From the NCBI GenBank assembly GCA_045533905.1, contig JAZSIR010000001.1, positions 81,982-145,981 on the forward strand: a stretch of DNA of 64,000 bases. Reading direction: 5' to 3'. This DNA comes from Clostridia bacterium. GTDB lineage: Bacteria > Bacillota > Clostridia > UMGS1883 > UMGS1540. Both the position numbers and the translations under genes were made by a program. The number at the start of each line of letters is the position of its first letter. Position 1 is the stretch's first letter. The notes beneath the pieces were generated by a model that ran no database searches, had not been told where the DNA came from, and saw only the letters and a program-made list of their open reading frames with translations. Shown here one piece after another: positions 59,255-64,000 of the stretch.

Positions 59255-61090
59255 TTATTGCATTTTATTGACAGCCTCAAAGAACGGATGGTCTTTATTT
59301 TCTTCATACCATACGGGAGTATCTGTAAATTGCACGGTACCCTCTGCTTCAAACATTTCAAACACTACAATTTCATTGTCTTCTTTCAAAAGTTCGCCCG
59401 GCACATACAAAACGCGCTGCGGACCAAGGTCCCAGTATTTGCCGATGTTAAAGCCGTTAATCCAGACTGCGCCTTTTGTAAGTCCTTTTGTATCGAGGAA
59501 CGTATCTACGCCCTCCTCGGCACGGAATGTGCCTTTATAGAAGGCAGGCGTCTCTTTCTTTTCATAGTCGCGCATAAGAACGCCTGACACATCCCACATA
59601 GGAAGCGTGCGGATTTCCCAATCAAACTGATGGAGACCCGAGAGATGCACGCCATCGAGGATGCCTTTTCGTTCCGAGATATAGGCGCCCGCGTCCGGTC
59701 TTCCCATATTCTCGACCAAAATATCGAGATGGCAGCCTTCTGCCGGTACCTTTATTTTAAGGGTGCCGCGCTCGCTTGCGGCTTCGTCACGAAGGTACGT
59801 GCCCACATATTTACCGTCGACAAAAATAAGAGCAAGGTCGCGAAGACCGTTAATCATAATTGTGGGCTCATAGTCTTTGCCGATGCCTTTTACCTCTGTG
59901 GAATACAGAATGTAGCCGAAGGACTGGCCGAGGCTATCCATCGTGCAAAGTCCGTTCTGACGAACGGTTTTTTCGGAAAGGACTTCGAGAGAATCAAAAA
60001 GCCCTGCCGATTTTGTAAGCTTTACATTTTCAATGCGCTGGCGCGGTACGTCCGGCACCTTTTCCGTTCTGACGGGACGGCCTAAGTACTCGTCGAGTTC
60101 TTTTCGAAGCGCGTAGTAAAGCGGCGTCGTGTCGCCCCATTCGGAGACGGGGGCGTACACGTTATAGCTGGTTACATAATTAAACATACGGAGCCCGTCT
60201 TCCCGTGTTCTCGGGAACGGAACGCCAAAATGAAGGCCTGCGGTAAGGCCGAAATTCGTACCGCCGCTAAACATATAGAAATTCACGAATGCACCGGCTT
60301 CGAGTGCCTTTCGGTACCCTTCCGCGACCGGCTCTACGGGGCGCTGCCAATGCACCGAGCCCCAAGATTCGTTTCCGCCGGGCCAAAATTCGCCAATCAT
60401 CGGCGGCTTATCCGGTTGGAATTCCTTTAACAGTTTAATTCCGTTTTCCGCATCGAGCGGTCCACAGTTTGCCATAGACCATGCGCCCTCTACCTTGCCT
60501 GCGGCAAGGCAGCCGTAGCCGGCCCCATCGGTAGTATAAAACGGAACGTCTACCCCGTTTTTCACAAGAGTATCACGAAGGAAGTGCAAATACTTTTTAT
60601 CATCCGCGAAGGAACCATATTCATTTTCAATCGCAACTGCAATAATCGGGCCGCCGTTTGTGGCGAGATACGGCACAAACTCAGGGCAAAGCCGTGCATA
60701 ATATTTTTCGATGCAGGCAAGATAATGCGGGTCTGCACAACGCACATGCACCGTTTCGTCTTTATACACCCATGCAGGGATGCCGCCAAGGTCGCACTCA
60801 CTTGTGATATGCGGAGACGGGCGGAGCATTACATAGAGCCCCATTTCCTTGCAAAGCTCTAAAAATGCCGCCAGATTGAGGTGACCGGAAAAGTCAAACT
60901 CGCCCTCTTTTTTCTCGTGGAGATGCCACGGCACATATGTCTGCACTGCGGTAAGGCCAAAGTCCTTTGCAAGTTCGAGCCTTCTTCTCCACCCTTGCGG
61001 CAAAATGCGATAATAATGAATATCACCGCCGGCAAGATATACTTCCTTTCCATCTATCAGGACGCCGCTTTTCGTGATTTCTACTTGCAT
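59255..61090 (-). CDS. Beta-galactosidase, GH35 (backbone copy)
   Basis: IHYYR, TYVPW.LHE, ENEYG, YMFSGGTNFG, GPQ..LYVP. Confidence 0.93.
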   Translation of the reverse strand: MQVEITKSGVLIDGKEVYLAGGDIHYYRILPQGWRRRLELAKDFGLTAVQTYVPWHLHEKKEGEFDFSGHLNLAAFLELCKEMGLYVMLRPSPHITSECDLGGIPAWVYKDETVHVRCADPHYLACIEKYYARLCPEFVPYLATNGGPIIAVAIENEYGSFADDKKYLHFLRDTLVKNGVDVPFYTTDGAGYGCLAAGKVEGAWSMANCGPLDAENGIKLLKEFQPDKPPMIGEFWPGGNESWGSVHWQRPVEPVAEGYRKALEAGAFVNFYMFSGGTNFGLTAGLHFGVPFPRTREDGLRMFNYVTSYNVYAPVSEWGDTTPLYYALRKELDEYLGRPVRTEKVPDVPRQRIENVKLTKSAGLFDSLEVLSEKTVRQNGLCTMDSLGQSFGYILYSTEVKGIGKDYEPTIMINGLRDLALIFVDGKYVGTYLRDEAASERGTLKIKVPAEGCHLDILVENMGRPDAGAYISERKGILDGVHLSGLHQFDWEIRTLPMWDVSGVLMRDYEKKETPAFYKGTFRAEEGVDTFLDTKGLTKGAVWINGFNIGKYWDLGPQRVLYVPGELLKEDNEIVVFEMFEAEGTVQFTDTPVWYEENKDHPFFEAVNKMQ

Positions 61091-61102
61091 ACCGATTCTC
61101 CT

Positions 61103-62299
61103 TTAGTCAAACTCTTTCGGGTCAATATCCACCATATAAATGCCACGAAAGCCTTCGCAGATAGAGTCTACCGTAAGCCTTTTTCCGCTTCTGTCAAAGC
61201 GTGGATGCAGGTCACAGCGAAGGTCCACATGCCCCATCTCGCGAAGCGGAGGACACGGGAACGCGCAAATACGATGGCAAATGTCGGTTTTTTCGTTATA
61301 AAGGCGAAGCCACTGGTTTCCGTCTGCTTCGGGATACGTATCGTGGATGCTGAGCTTTCTGTCAGGTGTCAAAACCATATGATTATCGTGCCTGAAAATA
61401 CCATCTGCCACGACGCGCATTTCCTGTGTTTTATCCTTCAAAATGAAGGTGTTCCATGTGCTGATCCCTTCCGGCACTTCTTTTCTTGCCTGATAAATCA
61501 TCAGGGTCTCGGGGTCCATCCAGAAATAGTGGGAATGTACGCCCCAACCGTACAGCATGTACATATCGCTGCCATCCGTATTTGCGGTGATGAGCGCGGT
61601 TTCATGCTTGCCGCCGGGAGGCGGGAAGTTCCGAAGAAGGAATACAAAGCGCGTGCCGTCGGTATTAAACGTAATGTGGTTTACGTTAAGCTTCTTATCT
61701 TCCGCGAAATGGTCGCCACAGAAGTTCCAAAGCTCATCGAGAGAAATAATGAGCTTTGCCTTCCCTGTTTCCATATCAATAAGGAAAATACCATCGTCCT
61801 TGCTGTGGTTTTCGTTATAGAACGGGTCGGGATACTCGGCGTAGCCATAACCGGGACGAAAATCATAGAGTCTTCCAAAGTTTATGCTGATAGCATGCTT
61901 TCCCGAAGGCGAAAGCGTAGCAACGGGTTTTTCGAGATAACGCTTCTTGCCGGTCTGAATGTTCATTACAACGCCGACATAGTCGCCATCCAAAATGTCG
62001 TTATATACGATTTCGTTTTCGGCATCCGTAAATGACCAGGACAGCATGGAACCTTGTTGAAAGTTCCATGCGCCTGTTTCTGTAAGCGTATGATATTTTC
62101 CGTTTTCCATTTCAATCATACCAATTTCGCAGCGGTCACCTTTTACCTGGAGTCTGTCCATAAACGGTGCCTTATGCGTGAGATGGTACTTTTCAGAAAG
62201 GTTAAACGGCTGCAGGTCATAATAGCCGAAGAAATACTGTCCGTCATTCGGCGTGATTCTTCTGTAGGGAAGAAAATGGTCTCGGATTTCTGTGGGCAT
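61103..62299 (-). CDS. Beta-propeller protein (oligogalacturonate lyase/TolB-like)
   Basis: YFFGYYD, AWNFQQG..L.W, RPGYGY, DTYP, RCDLHPR. Confidence 0.7.
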   Translation of the reverse strand: MPTEIRDHFLPYRRITPNDGQYFFGYYDLQPFNLSEKYHLTHKAPFMDRLQVKGDRCEIGMIEMENGKYHTLTETGAWNFQQGSMLSWSFTDAENEIVYNDILDGDYVGVVMNIQTGKKRYLEKPVATLSPSGKHAISINFGRLYDFRPGYGYAEYPDPFYNENHSKDDGIFLIDMETGKAKLIISLDELWNFCGDHFAEDKKLNVNHITFNTDGTRFVFLLRNFPPPGGKHETALITANTDGSDMYMLYGWGVHSHYFWMDPETLMIYQARKEVPEGISTWNTFILKDKTQEMRVVADGIFRHDNHMVLTPDRKLSIHDTYPEADGNQWLRLYNEKTDICHRICAFPCPPLREMGHVDLRCDLHPRFDRSGKRLTVDSICEGFRGIYMVDIDPKEFD

Positions 62300-62329
62300 T
62301 TTTATATTCCCCTTTCAAAGCAAAAGCCT

Positions 62330-64000
62330 TTAGTCGATTTGGTAGGTTTTGGTGTAAAGAGAAACGGGTTCGAGGTCTGCCTGGCCTACTGCCATAACTG
62401 TCATCTCATATTCACCGGATTCAAGCGTGGGGATTGAGAACGGGATATTGGACAAGCCGGGACCGTAAAGACGATTACTTTTCTGCGTCCACCATTCGGC
62501 CTTAGCTACTACATTAACTGCAGCGAGCGTTTTTACCCCATCTTCAACCTTGTGAAGTGCTACAATGATGTTACGTGTCGCAATTGCCCCTGTGTACGGA
62601 TTGGATGTACCATCCGCAAAGAAATACGGCAATGTAATAGATGTGTTGCCAGAAATTGTTTCGGGGAAATCAACGCCTGCTTCCAATTCTACAAGAATGG
62701 GGTCGCATATCGTAACGGCTACGGGTGTTGCATCGTTACCGCCGCCCACATAGATTTCCAAGGTGCACGCAGATGCGCTGGGATTTACCAAGAAATCCAG
62801 TGTGTATGTCGTCCATGTATCTGCTTCTGTTGCTTTGGTGGCCCAAAGGTCAGCCGTGTTTTCGGTAATACCTTTGAAATAAACAGCCGGCCGTGCATTT
62901 ACATCCGCCGTTTTGTATGTCAAGATAAGACGATACGACTTGCCGGGGGCAACCTCGCTGGCCGAGGGATAGAAGGCCGCCACACGCTGCGTGCTGGCAG
63001 TAGTAGCAGCTACCACCGCTGCGACGCCGGGGGCATTGCCGGGAACCTTGCCTGTAATGGTTACAGCAGCGGCAAGCGCATCACCAATCGGCTTTAATAT
63101 GGTTTCAGGGGCAATGTCGAGACGCATACCGGCAATTGCACCGGAGAGTCCGTATAACTGAATTTTAACGCCGCTTGCATAAGAGTCATCTGTGGGAATG
63201 AGAATCTTTCTAAACGTCCAATCAGCGCAATTTACAGGATTGCCATCCTTCGGTCCTTCTCCTCCGCCTACTTTCGGGGTCATAATTCGAACCGAGCCCT
63301 TCTGCCAGAAGGTAAGTGCATAGGTCTCGCCAACTTCCACCTGTACCGGTGCAGATGTGGCGGAAGTTGTGATAGCGTTACCCGCGTAACCCGCATACGG
63401 CTTTTCTGTGGTGCTTACAGTACCGCCCCAACCAAACGGAGAGGTGGAACCCGGAAGTGTCTCGAAATTACCGTTTAAGGGGTCAGTAATTTCCGTTACG
63501 CAGAAGTCAGCAATTCTTACGGTATTGTCCTGTGCCTGGTAGAACTGGATGTAGGAAAGAGACGAAATACCGCTTGCGGTGAAGGAACGAAGCGTCCAGT
63601 CAGCGCAGTTTACAGGATCTTTGTCTTTATGGAAGTTTTCATAAGCGCCTTCCTTACCGGCAATAAAGCGAACGCTGCCCTTCTGCCAGAAGGAAACAAC
63701 ATAGCTCTTTGCGGGATCCAATACATAGCTCGACAGCTGTGCTGTAACGCCGTACGGATTCAAAAGATAGCCATCATAACCGGCATACGGTTCATTTTCG
63801 CCCGGTACAACAGAAACACCGCCCCAGGAGTATGTCTTGCCGTCAGTCGGGTTCGGAACAAACTTACCGTTGCCAGCCTCAAGCGCGTCTACCTTAATGT
63901 CGGCAATCATAGTGCCAACCGTTGCAGAATAGAAACGGAGAGAAAGACCGAGGTTACTGGTCGGCGATACGGAATAGGCAACTGTTGTCCAGTCGTTGTA
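62330..64000 (-). CDS. Large surface protein with repeated CBM-like (galactose-binding fold) modules; 5' end outside window
   Basis: Frame open to window edge; repeated NGNFE...PYAGY...FWQKGSVR...PVNCADWT units. Confidence 0.75.
   Translation of the reverse strand, partial: YNDWTTVAYSVSPTSNLGLSLRFYSATVGTMIADIKVDALEAGNGKFVPNPTDGKTYSWGGVSVVPGENEPYAGYDGYLLNPYGVTAQLSSYVLDPAKSYVVSFWQKGSVRFIAGKEGAYENFHKDKDPVNCADWTLRSFTASGISSLSYIQFYQAQDNTVRIADFCVTEITDPLNGNFETLPGSTSPFGWGGTVSTTEKPYAGYAGNAITTSATSAPVQVEVGETYALTFWQKGSVRIMTPKVGGGEGPKDGNPVNCADWTFRKILIPTDDSYASGVKIQLYGLSGAIAGMRLDIAPETILKPIGDALAAAVTITGKVPGNAPGVAAVVAATTASTQRVAAFYPSASEVAPGKSYRLILTYKTADVNARPAVYFKGITENTADLWATKATEADTWTTYTLDFLVNPSASACTLEIYVGGGNDATPVAVTICDPILVELEAGVDFPETISGNTSITLPYFFADGTSNPYTGAIATRNIIVALHKVEDGVKTLAAVNVVAKAEWWTQKSNRLYGPGLSNIPFSIPTLESGEYEMTVMAVGQADLEPVSLYTKTYQID

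Overview
Chromosomal segment of an uncultured-type Clostridia (Bacillota) bacterium; almost every real gene is on the minus strand (dtd is the exception). The moderately GC-rich backbone carries housekeeping genes (rplS-lepB-rbgA-ychF, 2-oxoacid:ferredoxin oxidoreductase operon, queA-tgt, dtd, ald, glycine-riboswitch-controlled AlsT-type symporter, AzgA-type permease) and many carbohydrate-active genes (GH35 x2, GH42, GH95, GH20, GH1, several SGNH esterases). The most notable signal is three visibly AT-rich islands (about 4446-12420, 22524-25290, 44010-45110) made of unrelated single-gene cassettes whose junctions carry recurring short motifs: (i) a tandem ~40-44 bp site family with a GATG(C) core and shuffled left/right halves, (ii) a TCGTGTCAAGTC site loosely resembling an XerD arm, which also forms the inverted ends of a ~190-300 bp promoter+hairpin element present twice, (iii) an AAATTCYWATTTAT repeat and (iv) tandem Spo0A boxes. 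Truncated gene remnants abut these sites and no recombinase or transposase is encoded in the window, suggesting an integron-like cassette-capture system acting in trans (inference). Also seen: a DUF559 nuclease between inverted REP-like hairpins, an unassigned ~190 nt structured RNA candidate upstream of ald, and several deletion-derived pseudogenes. All calls are from reading the sequence and ORF track; no database searches or GC computations were run.
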